63,340 nt of DNA, filler included, from an uncultured bacterium (GCA_965372715.1; 5 parts of 5 records of this genome joined end to end with filler, not necessarily neighbours in it); one strand, 5' to 3'; positions 1-11,857 are shown, counted from the first letter of the whole stretch. Notes: a model not told the origin generated them from the sequence alone. Numbers and translations are program-made.

Positions 1-352
1 GCCGCAAAACGTCTTAGCCCCACCATCTTTCTTGCCGTCAATGTGATTATTGGGGCTGAGGCGCTTACGCTCGCCGTCCGTCGAGTCTATGACAAGATGG
101 AAACGGGCGAAGACGAAAAGCAGACTCCACCGCAGACCATCTGTCACACCGGCGAAACCACGCAGCAGTCTTATTTGACCACTCGTAGGGCGCCGTAGTA
201 CATTTGCCGGGGATGTGATTTGTGATGCGTGGCAGGGCAAGGTAAAAGCAACAGGGGTTCCGAGAAGGTCAAGACCGACTTGCAGGGCCAGCACAATGTG
301 CGGGACAACGACTTGCCTCAACGACGTGACCAAGTGAGACACTAAGGCAGCG

Positions 353-2038
353 ATGACCGATATCGACGATAGGCCGCTAATAGTTCAGAGCGATAGGTCG
401 GTTCTGGTTGAGGTTCGGAACCCGAGCTTTGACGTGGCCAGGGATTACCTCGCGCTTTTCGCGGAGCTCGTCAAGAGCCCGGAACACATCCACACTTACA
501 GCATCTCGCCGATCTCGCTCTGGAACGCAGCCGCGTCGGGCCTCACGCCTGAAAACATCATGGCGTTTCTCGACCGATACGGCAAATACGAGACGCCTCA
601 GAACGTCAAGCGCGACATAGTCGATTACATGGGCCGCTACGGGCGGCTGGTGCTCTGCAAGCGCGGCGAGGAGCTGGTTCTTGTCTCGGATGACGATTCG
701 CTCATAGCGGAGATACTGAACACGGAGCGCGTGGCCAAATACGTCGAGCGACAACTCGGCGAGCGGCAACTCCTCATCCTGCCGCTTCATCGAGGCGACA
801 TCAAGCAGGCGATGACCCGCATCGGCTACCCGGTGAAGGACGTCGCGGGCTACGTCGAGGGGACTTTCTTCGAGCTGGCGCTTCGGGAGTTCACGTCGGA
901 CGGCGAGGCGTTCGAGTTTCGGGACTATCAGCTCGCGGCAACGGACGCGTTCTACGCTGGCGGCACTTCCGAGGGAGGGAGCGGCGTGATCGTGCTGCCG
1001 TGCGGCGCCGGCAAGACCATCGTTGGCCTCGGCGCCATTGCTCTGCTCAAATGCGAGACGCTGATAATCTGCACGAATATCATCGCGATTCGACAGTGGA
1101 TTTCAGAGATGCTCGACAAGACGAACGTCTCGGGCCTGGACATCGGCGAATACAGCGGAGAGCGCAAGAACATCAGGCCGATAACGCTCACGACGTATCA
1201 GATGCTGACGCACCGAACCAACAAGGATGCGGAGTTTCGGCATTTCAAGATATTCGACGAAAAAGACTGGGGCCTGATAATCTACGACGAGGTTCATCTG
1301 CTGCCGGCGCCGGTCTTTCGCATAACCGCCGCTCTTCAGGCGAGACGGCGCCTGGGCCTGACAGCGACGCTGGTCCGTGAGGACGGGCTTGAGCCGGACG
1401 TTTTCAGCCTCATTGGTCCCAAGAAGTTCGACGTGCCCTGGAAGGACCTTGAGAATCGGGGCTTCATTGCTGAGGCGCACTGCACGGAGGTTCGCGTTGA
1501 GATGCCTCGTGAAGTGCGGCGCAGCTACTCGCTGTCGATGCACCAGCAGAAGCACCGTCTGGCCGCAGAGAACTACCGCAAGCTGGAGGTGGTGAGGCGC
1601 CTGGTGGCGGCGCACGAGGGCGAGCAGATTCTCGTCATCGGGGTTTATATTCGGCAGCTTCAGGAGATCGCCGACGAGTTGAGCGCCCCATTTCTGCACG
1701 GCGCGACGCCGACGGTCGAGCGCGAGATGCTCTATGACGATTTCAGGGCGGGCAAGATCAAGACCCTCGTGGTCTCAAAGGTGGCGAACTTCGCGGTCGA
1801 TCTGCCGGACGCCAGCGTCGCAATTCAGGTCTCTGGCACGTTCGGGTCCAGGCAAGAGGAGGCGCAGCGGCTTGGGCGGATACTCAGGCCGAAGACGCGC
1901 GGCCAAAAGGCCTATTTCTACAGCATTGTGTCGAAGGATAGCAAGGAGCAGGAGGCGGCCATGAATCGGCAGCGCTTCCTGACGGAGCAGGGCTACGCTT
2001 ACAGCATCTACGACTGGCGCGAGCTCCTCGGCATGTAG
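353..2038 (+). CDS. XPB/Rad25-family SF2 DNA repair helicase
   Basis: Walker A LPCGAGKT, DEVH box, LGLTAT motif III, QRLGRILR motif VI, and the bacterial XPB N-terminus (AELVKSPEHIHTY...SLWNA). Confidence 0.93.
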   Translation: MTDIDDRPLIVQSDRSVLVEVRNPSFDVARDYLALFAELVKSPEHIHTYSISPISLWNAAASGLTPENIMAFLDRYGKYETPQNVKRDIVDYMGRYGRLVLCKRGEELVLVSDDDSLIAEILNTERVAKYVERQLGERQLLILPLHRGDIKQAMTRIGYPVKDVAGYVEGTFFELALREFTSDGEAFEFRDYQLAATDAFYAGGTSEGGSGVIVLPCGAGKTIVGLGAIALLKCETLIICTNIIAIRQWISEMLDKTNVSGLDIGEYSGERKNIRPITLTTYQMLTHRTNKDAEFRHFKIFDEKDWGLIIYDEVHLLPAPVFRITAALQARRRLGLTATLVREDGLEPDVFSLIGPKKFDVPWKDLENRGFIAEAHCTEVRVEMPREVRRSYSLSMHQQKHRLAAENYRKLEVVRRLVAAHEGEQILVIGVYIRQLQEIADELSAPFLHGATPTVEREMLYDDFRAGKIKTLVVSKVANFAVDLPDASVAIQVSGTFGSRQEEAQRLGRILRPKTRGQKAYFYSIVSKDSKEQEAAMNRQRFLTEQGYAYSIYDWRELLGM

Positions 2039-2251
2039 GTCTTTGAGGCCGCTTAATTCGGCGCCTCGGCTCATCCAGTCAAGAGTCTTCCACCACAGAG
2101 ACACAGAGTCCACAGAGAGGGGCCCTTGCCCGGCGTGATCGTCGCTTCAACGCGGTTGAGGTATCCGCCTACTTCTGTTTGAGGGAACGGCCTGGCCAAA
2201 AACCGATGACTCTCCCCAGCCTCGGATGATACCCCAGGGCATCCCCAGCTC

Positions 2252-4408
2252 CTACCTCTCCGCGAGGTCATCCACATCCTGGCTGTTGATGAAGCCGAGT
2301 TCCAGGGCGACGGCGGCTCTGTAGAATCTGACGGCTCGCATGGTCTCGTCCTTGTTTGCCATCGAGAAGAGGTGCTTCAAAAGGGCCGCCATGAGCCGCA
2401 CCACTTCGAGGCCGACGATGAGCGTGCGATGCGTCAGGAGGGCGAGGCGCCCGTAGTGCTTTCTGATGAAGATATGCTTCGACGCGAGGTATTTGAGAAC
2501 CGTGAAATCGCCCCATCTCTGCTCACAGGACTTGCCGCCGAAGTGGACGACCTGTGCGTCATGCACGAAAAAGACCTTGTAGCCCGCCTTCTTGGTGCGA
2601 TAGCAGAGGTCGGTGTCCTCGTGGAACATGAAGTAGCCCTCGTCGAACGGGCCGATCTGTTCAAGCGCAGCTCTCTTGAGCATCAGGCACGCGCCGACGA
2701 GCCAATCGACCTCGCGCGTGTCGTTGTGGTTCCAGTCTTCATAGACCAGTCTGGAGCGGATTCTCTGCGAGAACATCGGCTTGAAGAGAAGGTGCGACAT
2801 CATTAGGTTGAGATTGGTCAAGAAATTCCTGGCAGAGGGCTGGAGTGAGCCGTCCTCGTTCAGTAGCCTCGGCCCCACGAGGGCGATTCCTTCGTCGGAG
2901 TCAAGCACCTTGATCATCGCCTGAAACATCCCCGGCTGAACGACGGTGTCCGGGTTCAGAAAACAGATGTGTCTGCCCATGGCGCGCCTCGCCGCGACGT
3001 TATTTGCGACCGCGAACCCGTCGTTCCGGAGATTTCTGATGATCTTGACCCCGGGATGACTCTCGGCCAGAGCCTCCACGCTTCCGTCGTGCGATGCGTT
3101 GTCAACGACGATGACCTCGCAGGGGATGTCGCCGATGGTTTCCTTTATGGACTCGATGCAGTCCAGGAGGAGTTCCTTGACGTTCCAGTTGACGATGATT
3201 ATCGAGATTTCAGGGCGCTTTTCGGCAATCGTGTCGAGGTAGGTGTCCTCAAAAAAGACCTGCAACGACGGCTTCCTGGTCGCGTACAGCTCCTCGTAAA
3301 TGCTCAATGTATGAGACGCTGTCTTTTCCCACGAGAAGAGCGAGGCGCGGGAAAGCCCGTCTCTTCGCATTTGACTTCTCAGCGATTCATCTGTCAGCAC
3401 CTTGAACATCGCCTCGGCCAGCTCTTCGGTGGAATAAGGATTGACCATGATGGCGGCTTCGCCGACTATCTCGGGCAGCGACGATGAGCTCGATGTGATG
3501 ACAGGGGCTCCGCAGGCCATCGCCTCAAGCGCCGGCAGGCCGAAGCCCTCATAGAGCGACGGGAAGACGAAGAGCTCTGCCGCGCTGTAGAGCCGGGGCA
3601 GGTCCTCGTCCTTGACGTAGCTCGTGAAGACTATCGAATCCTCCAGGCCGAGCTCCCTGATTGTCGTGAAGACGTCCCCGTACAGCCAGCCGAACATCCC
3701 ACAGACCACAAGCTTGTGCTCGAGGTTCATCTCAGTCTTCAGAAGGTGATAGGCGCTCAGGAGGCGAGGCAGGTTCTTTCTCGGCTCGATCGTGTTGACA
3801 CACAATATATACGGGCCTTCGATGCCGAACTTCTCCCTGGTCGCGGCGATTTCCACCGGGTCAGTTACGGGTTTCAGGTGCTCGTTGGTCGCGGAATATA
3901 CAACCCTGACCTTGCTTTCTGGAACCTTGAGGATACGGATCAGGTCTTCTTTGGTGTGGAACGACAGGGCGATGATCAAATCGGCCTTCTGAACGCCGAT
4001 CTTAGTCATCTGCCTCATATACCAGAAGTACTTCTTGCTGTTGGTCTGCGGGAACGTATAGACCACGAGGTCGTGCACGGTAACGACCGACTTGTAGCCG
4101 CTGGATACTACGGGGAGAAAGTAGCCGGGGTCGTGGAAGACATCCGTTCCCTCAGACCTCAGCCGATACGGAAGGTAGAAGTTCCGCCAGAAGTCGCCGA
4201 CGAGGTGGTTCTCGATCGTTATCGGTGTTTCGTGGGTTCTGAAATTGGGATTCTTGAAATCGATCTTGTTGGTTTTCAGCGGGTTATGAAAGATTGTGTA
4301 TTGATTTCTGGTGTCGATTCTCTCCATTGCGCGCAGGAGATTGAAGGTATAAACGCCCATCCCGGCGTGGCGGTCGCTGATCCGTCTGGCGTCTATTGCG
4401 ATTTGCAT
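2252..4408 (-). CDS. Fused glycosyltransferase: N-terminal GT4 plus C-terminal GT2 (WbbL-like)
   Basis: GT4 motif [21 protein letters not shown]2 motifs [32 protein letters not shown]. Confidence 0.9.
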   Translation of the reverse strand: MQIAIDARRISDRHAGMGVYTFNLLRAMERIDTRNQYTIFHNPLKTNKIDFKNPNFRTHETPITIENHLVGDFWRNFYLPYRLRSEGTDVFHDPGYFLPVVSSGYKSVVTVHDLVVYTFPQTNSKKYFWYMRQMTKIGVQKADLIIALSFHTKEDLIRILKVPESKVRVVYSATNEHLKPVTDPVEIAATREKFGIEGPYILCVNTIEPRKNLPRLLSAYHLLKTEMNLEHKLVVCGMFGWLYGDVFTTIRELGLEDSIVFTSYVKDEDLPRLYSAAELFVFPSLYEGFGLPALEAMACGAPVITSSSSSLPEIVGEAAIMVNPYSTEELAEAMFKVLTDESLRSQMRRDGLSRASLFSWEKTASHTLSIYEELYATRKPSLQVFFEDTYLDTIAEKRPEISIIIVNWNVKELLLDCIESIKETIGDIPCEVIVVDNASHDGSVEALAESHPGVKIIRNLRNDGFAVANNVAARRAMGRHICFLNPDTVVQPGMFQAMIKVLDSDEGIALVGPRLLNEDGSLQPSARNFLTNLNLMMSHLLFKPMFSQRIRSRLVYEDWNHNDTREVDWLVGACLMLKRAALEQIGPFDEGYFMFHEDTDLCYRTKKAGYKVFFVHDAQVVHFGGKSCEQRWGDFTVLKYLASKHIFIRKHYGRLALLTHRTLIVGLEVVRLMAALLKHLFSMANKDETMRAVRFYRAAVALELGFINSQDVDDLAER

Positions 4409-4442
4409 GTTTGTGAGCTCGGGGAAGATGCGACGTTAGCCG

Positions 4443-6062
4443 CTAGGCAGCCATGTCGAACGAGTCTTGCCGAGAGGCGGCGCCAGCCGTAGGCTGCGTG
4501 GCCGGCTCAGTTCGCTCTTTAAGCAGCGGTAAATACACTTCCTCGAGCATTTTTCGCGCCTCAGGCATCAGTTCGATTGCCTTTTGGACGTGATCGTCAA
4601 CGGCAGTGAACGTCACCGCAGCCTCCTTGTTTCCCCACAATGACCGCACGATACGCCATTTGATGTAGGTCTTAACGAAGGCCCCCTTATCGCCGAGGAG
4701 TTCCTCAGAGGTGACCTCTACGCCGTTGTCGGACGCAAACTGGACTAACTCAGCGACGATGTCGTCGGTAACCTCGAAGTCCACGGCGAGGTCCCTGTGC
4801 TGCGAGGCGTAGTGCAACCCAAAAAGCGTGAATATATTATTGCGAAGCAGCTTCTCGAAGCCTGCGCCAAGCTTGGTGTATTCGACGACGACGTCCGGGT
4901 GGATGCCGCCTCCACCGGTGAGTTCCCGGCCAGCCCGCGACTTGTAGATGATCTGGTCTGCGTCCTCAGCCTGCTTCTCCCCTCCCAGGTATTTGCTGAT
5001 GCCGTATTGGGAGTATGGTTTCTGGATACACCTGCCGGACGGCGTGTAATACCGCGCCGTGGTCAGAACGAGCGTCCAGTTCTCTGGCAGTTGGATGACG
5101 CTTTGCACTAGCCCCTTTCCGAAGCTCCTGGCGCCGACGACCAGGCCCCTGTCGTTGTCCTGGACCGCGCCCGAGACGATCTCGGAACCCGACGCGGTTC
5201 CGTTGTCTATAAGGATTATCAGCGGTATATGCGGCAGCTTGGTCCTCTTGGTCGCGGACACGGCCTGATTCGACTCAGCGGTTCGGCCCTTTGTCCAGAC
5301 GATGGGGAGACCCAGGTCCAGAAACATGTCACTGACGGCGATTGCCTGAGTCAGCAGGCCGCCGCCGTTGTTACGTAGGTCAAGGACGAGCTCCTGCATC
5401 CCATCTTTCTTGAGCTCCTGGATCGCCTCGTTCATCTCGGTTGTGGTCGTTTCGGCGAATCTTGTGAGCCTAAGGTAGCCAATCGTCTCGTTGAGCATGA
5501 AGTAATACGGCACACTTGAGGTCGGGATCTTGTCCCTCTTGATCGTGAACGTCAGCAGCTCCGGCACGCCCTCTCGCTGCACAGTAATCGTAACCTTCGT
5601 GCCCTTGGGGCCTTTGAGCTTCTTTATCACGTCCACCGTGGAGATGTTCCTGGCGTCCTCGCCCTCGATCTCCACGATGAGGTCGCCAGCCAAAAGGCCC
5701 ACCTTGTAGGCCGGAGTGCCCTCTATCGGCGAGATGACCGTCAAGATTCCATTTATTATGTCAAACTGAATGCCAATCCCGTAGAAACTCCCCTTCTGGT
5801 CCTCCCGCATCTGCTTGCTCATCAACTCGTTAAGAAGGTGAGAGTGCGGGTCCAATATCCTCAGCATCCCCTCTATCGAAGACATTATTAGCTTCGAGGG
5901 CTCCTGCTTTTCCACGTAGCGATGCTGAACGATCGTGAGCACCTCGTTGTAGAGGAAGAGGTTCCTGAAATGCTCCGTCAGATTGGACCCTATCCCGACA
6001 CCGACAGCCGCGAAAAGCGCGACCAAAATTACTATGACTATCCCCCGCAGCGTCTGTCTCAC
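4443..6062 (-). CDS. ctpA: S41A carboxy-terminal processing protease with PDZ domain
   Basis: N-terminal TM/signal, GIGI PDZ loop, DLRNNGGG, TASGSEI catalytic Ser, SFGKGLVQ, ARYYTPSG. Confidence 0.92.
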   Translation of the reverse strand: MRQTLRGIVIVILVALFAAVGVGIGSNLTEHFRNLFLYNEVLTIVQHRYVEKQEPSKLIMSSIEGMLRILDPHSHLLNELMSKQMREDQKGSFYGIGIQFDIINGILTVISPIEGTPAYKVGLLAGDLIVEIEGEDARNISTVDVIKKLKGPKGTKVTITVQREGVPELLTFTIKRDKIPTSSVPYYFMLNETIGYLRLTRFAETTTTEMNEAIQELKKDGMQELVLDLRNNGGGLLTQAIAVSDMFLDLGLPIVWTKGRTAESNQAVSATKRTKLPHIPLIILIDNGTASGSEIVSGAVQDNDRGLVVGARSFGKGLVQSVIQLPENWTLVLTTARYYTPSGRCIQKPYSQYGISKYLGGEKQAEDADQIIYKSRAGRELTGGGGIHPDVVVEYTKLGAGFEKLLRNNIFTLFGLHYASQHRDLAVDFEVTDDIVAELVQFASDNGVEVTSEELLGDKGAFVKTYIKWRIVRSLWGNKEAAVTFTAVDDHVQKAIELMPEARKMLEEVYLPLLKERTEPATQPTAGAASRQDSFDMAA

Positions 6063-6129
6063 GGTCTCGTATCCTCGCTCTTAAAGGGTGCAGTTCGCCA
6101 CGCGGCGAACACCCCTACCTCGTTATCCA

Positions 6130-7653
6130 TCAATCCTTCTCACCAAAAACCTGCGCCGAAAACACGTAAATCGTGGCGCCCTTCTTGTAGGCGTCCTTGG
6201 GCAGGCCGGCCTTGCGACACGTCTGCTCCAGGAACGTTATCTTGTCCCAGCCGTTCTCCGTGGCAACCTGCGGCAGGAGCACACCTCTGAACGGGCCCTG
6301 CTCAATCTCAAGCCCGTGAACCCCGACCTCTATCTCATCGATACTGTCGATCTTCGATAAATCCGACAGCACCGAAATCTCGATATCCATATCGCTCGTC
6401 TCGGAAGGGCTCATCGGCGGGAACCGCGGGTCCTGCGTCGCGGCAGCAACCGCCATCTGCTGAACGATTTTGTAAAGCGGCTCCGAGACCGGCGAGAAGC
6501 GCCCGATGCAGCCCCGAAGCGACCCGTGCCGCTTAATCGTCACAAAAGCCCCTCGCTGCATCTTGAGCCTTTTTGAATCGACCTCGACCTTGGGCACACG
6601 GCGATGTGTCACATACTCGACAATCGTGTCCCTTGCAATTGCAAGCAACTGCTGCTTCTCAATGTCGTTTAGCTGTTCACCCATACCGGTGCTCCTATCA
6701 TTTACCTTCATCTTGCCCGATGGGATTGAAACTGCAAGGCTGCAATAGCCCACAACCGCATCTTTGCCTCCGGCGGTATCTCCCGAGTTTGCATACTTGA
6801 GACCCATCATCCCTTTTGCGCCGAGCCCCTTGGCGACCTTCGCCAGCGTCAGCACGGCCGCGCCGCCGCAGAGCTCAATCGTCCCGCTTGCGAGGCCCTT
6901 CTCAAGCGCGGCGATGTCCAGCCTCTCAAGAACCTTGAACGACGCCTCGTCGATGCGCTGCGCCTCGTCATACGGACGGAAGTGCGACATGTCGCTGCTG
7001 GCTATGATGATGACGTCCTCTCGGTCGGACAGGAGCTTCGTCAGAATCGAGGCGAGCCTATCCGCTTGCGAGGCGTCGTTCAGCAGGATAGGCACGATCT
7101 TGCAGTCTGTCTTGAGCGAACGCTGCAAGAACGGCAGCTGCGACTCGAGCGAATGCTCCCTTTCGTGCGCCCGGGGCACGTATCGGAACTTACCATTCGA
7201 CGGCCCGATTATCTGCTCCGCCAGTTGCTTGTCATTCGCCTGAACGCCGAGCGGCGTCTGATAGTCCTGCACGTTGTTGACCGAAACGCAACTAAGTGGG
7301 GAGCGGTGCGAGGGCCCAATGATTACGACGGTATTGACGTTTTGGCCCGATTCCTTCAACAACCGGTACCCGTATGCCGCGACGGGGCCAGAATAGACGA
7401 ACCCAGCGTGCGGCGAGACGATACCGATCAGCCGACCTTCGGCCTTCGGCAACCCCTTGGCGTCGTTCAGGTAACCGTCAACCAGCCGCTCCAGCTTCTC
7501 CTTTCCCAACGGATACCATTGCCCGGCAAATACCGCCGGCCTCACCTCCCTCTGCGAGGCGGGTTTCACATCGGTGGTGCTCGCCTCTGTTGCCTCTCCC
7601 ATGGCGAAAACGTTGACCGCGCAAACCGTCATCAGCACGATCGCAACCGTCAT
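6130..7653 (-). CDS. AmmeMemoRadiSam protein B (MEMO1) fused to protein A (AMMECR1), with hydrophobic N-terminal leader; start uncertain
   Basis: RPAVFAGQWYP, PHAGFVYSG, GPSH, EHSLE, SSDMSH (MEMO); GAFVTI, LRGCIG, DPRF, LLPQVA (AMMECR1). The longer ORF runs through a low-complexity repeat, so ATG 7653 is preferred. Confidence 0.9.
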   Translation of the reverse strand: MTVAIVLMTVCAVNVFAMGEATEASTTDVKPASQREVRPAVFAGQWYPLGKEKLERLVDGYLNDAKGLPKAEGRLIGIVSPHAGFVYSGPVAAYGYRLLKESGQNVNTVVIIGPSHRSPLSCVSVNNVQDYQTPLGVQANDKQLAEQIIGPSNGKFRYVPRAHEREHSLESQLPFLQRSLKTDCKIVPILLNDASQADRLASILTKLLSDREDVIIIASSDMSHFRPYDEAQRIDEASFKVLERLDIAALEKGLASGTIELCGGAAVLTLAKVAKGLGAKGMMGLKYANSGDTAGGKDAVVGYCSLAVSIPSGKMKVNDRSTGMGEQLNDIEKQQLLAIARDTIVEYVTHRRVPKVEVDSKRLKMQRGAFVTIKRHGSLRGCIGRFSPVSEPLYKIVQQMAVAAATQDPRFPPMSPSETSDMDIEISVLSDLSKIDSIDEIEVGVHGLEIEQGPFRGVLLPQVATENGWDKITFLEQTCRKAGLPKDAYKKGATIYVFSAQVFGEKD

Positions 7654-7841
7654 CCCATTTACTACAGTAGAACCGCCGTGTTTCCCCCTTTTGCATACCT
7701 TTATATTCCGAAGCAAGATGTCAACTAACACTTCTTTCTTCCCTTTTTCCTTTTGTCCTTTTCTCCCTTTGTCCCCTCTCCCTTTAAGGAGAGCGCTCAC
7801 CGGAGTTGTCCTAATGACTTCCACCAATTATCATAGTTCGC

Positions 7842-8795
7842 GTGGTGAAAAACGTAAAGGCCTCACTCTTCGTTCTTGCCCTGGCAGTTGCCACGACACT
7901 CGCTCAAGGTCAGGACTACGCCGTCACGCCGGGCCAATCTCATCAGACAGCGCACTTCATAATCCATTATCCAAGGCCGCTTGAGGGCCTCGCAAGGTCG
8001 ATGGCAGGGATTGTAGAGGTTGCGTTCGTAGCGACCTGCAACCAGATGGGCGTAAAGCCGTTCAGATCGAACGCTCTCTTCATCTGCGATTCTGACCGCG
8101 ACTTCGAGCAGTTTCATCCGTCCGTCGGGGAGAGCTGGATTTTGGGCTTCACCGTGCCAATGAAGCGGAAGATAGTCGTCAGGTCGCCGTCGCTGGCGAA
8201 GACGAGCCGAGAACAGTTCATCAAGACGCTCAAGCATGAGGTCTCGCACCTTGTCCTGCATCACGCCGTCGGAAAGAACCACAAGCTGCTCCCGCGATGG
8301 TTCGACGAGGGCATGGCTATGCTCAACGCCGGCCAATGGGAGTGGCTCGACAGCTGGGCCCTCTTCAGGATGGTCATATTCTCCGAGCCTATTCCCTTCT
8401 CGACGCTCCATGATACGTTCCCCGCCGGCGCGACCGACGCGCGCCTCGCCTATGCGCAGAGCTTCAACTTCTGTCTATTTCTTCAGACGACGCTGAAGAG
8501 GCGCCGGTTTGAGGCGCTGATTGCGGGGATGAGAGAGGGCGTGCCGCTTGAGGCGCAGCTCACGAGGCTGTTCGGCGTGCCGTTCGCGCGCATCCAAAAG
8601 GCGTGGTATGAAAAGGTCCGCGACAAATACGGCGTCTATCCGTTCCTCACAAGCGCCGGCATCTTCTGGTTCCTGGTTACGCTCCTGATGCTCATCGCAT
8701 ACGTGCGCAAGCGCCGCGCGGCCAAAGAGCGCCTCGCCGAGATGCAGGCTGAGGACGAGTTCGTCGATCACGTCCTGGACGGCAAGTATCACTAG
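7842..8795 (+). CDS. Peptidase MA-family zinc metalloprotease-like protein with signal peptide and C-terminal TM anchor
   Basis: HEVSH (HExxH) followed by WFDEGMA; AYAQS; hydrophobic ends. Confidence 0.8.
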   Translation: MVKNVKASLFVLALAVATTLAQGQDYAVTPGQSHQTAHFIIHYPRPLEGLARSMAGIVEVAFVATCNQMGVKPFRSNALFICDSDRDFEQFHPSVGESWILGFTVPMKRKIVVRSPSLAKTSREQFIKTLKHEVSHLVLHHAVGKNHKLLPRWFDEGMAMLNAGQWEWLDSWALFRMVIFSEPIPFSTLHDTFPAGATDARLAYAQSFNFCLFLQTTLKRRRFEALIAGMREGVPLEAQLTRLFGVPFARIQKAWYEKVRDKYGVYPFLTSAGIFWFLVTLLMLIAYVRKRRAAKERLAEMQAEDEFVDHVLDGKYH

Positions 8796-8800
8796 CGTAT

Positions 8801-8819
8801 GTTTCCCCGATGGGGAAAC
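8801..8819. repeat. GTTTCCCC-N3-GGGGAAAC hairpin repeat (other copies 9574-9592, 36289-36307)
   Basis: Three near-identical palindromes, each adjoining purine/pyrimidine-skewed ~8-mer repeats. Confidence 0.75.
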
Positions 8820-8895
8820 GGGCAAAAAGGGAAATGGGCGAAGGGCGAAAAGGGACCAGGCGCCGGCGCCTCGCTTTCGTGTTCCTTGGTGTCCT

Positions 8896-9077
8896 TATCC
8901 CGAATAATTCAAGGGCATGACACTCGTCGGTGTGGGGCAGGCTTTCCAGCCTGCCAAAGACAGGGTCTCGCGTGACAGAGTGTCGCGTCCCAGGAATGCG
9001 GCAATCGCTACAAAAGGCAGGCTAGAAAGCCCGCCCCACACCTCATGGCATCGCGAGTTTATGAATAATACGGATTA
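8896..9077. mobile_element. MITE-like element with imperfect 16-bp terminal inverted repeats enclosing a REP doublet
   Basis: TATCCCGAATAATTCA...TGAATAATACGGATTA ends; internal inverted arms at 8930-8955 and 9016-9041; near-identical end copy at 26178-26231. Confidence 0.7.
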
Positions 9078-9680
9078 GTGGATCATGGGCTACGATCAAT
9101 TGCTGTCATCGACGCGTATTGCGTCGTCCATAACCAGGTAACAGGCAGCGGGTACGTCGTGCCCGCATGCTGTCAAGATGACGGGTTTTAGCTGAGATAC
9201 GGCAGCGGCTCGGAGGGGCCTGAGGGGCCGAGCAGATTGAGTGGCTTCAGGAAATTGCTTCTTGATATGTCGGACGTCTATTATAATATGTTTGATGTGT
9301 TTGGCCGGGGCCGACTTGTTATTCATAGTGAGCATCCCCTCTTTGAAGCGAGCTTGAGACAAGGTAAGCCAGGTTACGGCAAGGTCTCGCATGGTTGCCT
9401 TGGACGTAGCTTTGCAGGTCCCGGCCCCCAAAACCTCACAGTTATTCGCATCTTCAAGATGACCAAACACCTTTATCTCGATCCGCCCGGATGTCCCGAC
9501 CCGAATGCCGACCATGGCGGCCTTTGGAGCGTTTCCAGCGAGCGTTGCCGACTCCCCTTTTTCCTTTTTTCCCGTTTCCCCAATGGGGAAACTCCTCAAC
9601 CTCTCACCTTGACACACGACCCGAGTCGATATTAGATAGAGCCTCCTTATGAAACGATGACTGAAGCTGTGAGGTGGATT

Positions 9681-10226
9681 ATGGAGCGGGACGAGGCGTA
9701 TAAGCTGGTCAAACAGAACGTCAAGAATCGGAATCTCGTGAAGCACATGCTGGCGACCGAGGCGGTCATGTCGGCGCTCGCTGAGCGTTTTGGCGAGGAT
9801 GCGAGAGTTTGGGGGCTTGCTGGGCTGCTTCACGACGTCGATTACGACAGCACATTCGACGACTTTCCGCGGCATGGATTCATGTCGGCGGAGATTCTGG
9901 AGCAGAAGGGCGTTGACGAGGCGATTCTCCATGCGATCAAGGCGCATCCGGGGCATATCACGGCCGAGTCGAGGATGGCAAAGGCGCTTTACGCGGTCGA
10001 TCCGCTAACAGGGCTTATCGTTGCGGCGGCTCTGATACATCCCGATAAGAAGCTCGGTTCAATCGACGGGCAGTTCGTCCTCAATCGCTTCAGAGAGAAG
10101 CTCTTTGCGAAGGGTGCGAACAGAGACCAGATCAAAACCTGCGAGCGGCTCGGGATGACGCTTCAGGAGTTCGTTGAGGTGGCACTTTCGGCGATGCAGG
10201 GCGTCAGCAACGAGCTGGGCCTGTAG
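9681..10226 (+). CDS. HD-domain (HDIG-type) metal-dependent phosphohydrolase
   Basis: KHMLATE, LLHDVDY, AIKAH, AVDPLTG; RBS GAGGTGG before ATG 9681. Confidence 0.88.
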   Translation: MERDEAYKLVKQNVKNRNLVKHMLATEAVMSALAERFGEDARVWGLAGLLHDVDYDSTFDDFPRHGFMSAEILEQKGVDEAILHAIKAHPGHITAESRMAKALYAVDPLTGLIVAAALIHPDKKLGSIDGQFVLNRFREKLFAKGANRDQIKTCERLGMTLQEFVEVALSAMQGVSNELGL

Positions 10227-10388
10227 CTACGGGAGATAGATCAGAGGTCTGAGCCACGAATACACACGAGTAGATTCAGGTAATGTGGAAGTTCAGGATG
10301 AAGCACGCAACTCGGCTTTCCACTTCGCACTAGACACAAACAGCCCGGCTAAGTTGGAACTCGAGACTTGCAGCTTGGAACTCTCCCC

Positions 10389-10417
10389 TTGACACAAATC
10401 GGGATGCTTCATAGATT
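10389..10417 (+). promoter_or_regulatory. Sigma70-type promoter of tRNA-Phe
   Basis: TTGACA-17 nt-TAGATT ending 21 nt upstream of the tRNA. Confidence 0.7.
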
Positions 10418-10438
10418 TGGCTTTGGGTGAATGACGAT

Positions 10439-10511
10439 GCCGAGATAGCTCAGTTGGTAGAGCGAAGGACTGAAAATCCTTAGGTCCGCAGTTCGATTCT
10501 GCGTCTCGGCA
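10439..10511 (+). tRNA. tRNA-Phe(GAA), CCA not encoded
   Basis: GCCGAGA/TCTCGGC acceptor stem, AGCTCAGTTGGTAGAGC D arm, AAGGA-CTGAAAA-TCCTT anticodon arm, GTTCGATTC T loop. Confidence 0.97.
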
Positions 10512-10576
10512 TTTTCTTTTTTGCTGTTTTGATTTCATCACTAAGACCTTTGCTAATTCAATCAATTAAGAGGTGA

Positions 10577-11857
<1,281 letters not shown>

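Noticed and set aside
1-198. Open frame from the window start (AAKRLSPTIF...RRAP*)
   Set aside because: Possible 3' end of a gene, but no recognisable motif
7654-7827. Lys/Gly-rich N-terminal extension of the AmrBA ORF
   Set aside because: Translation of a low-complexity intergenic repeat
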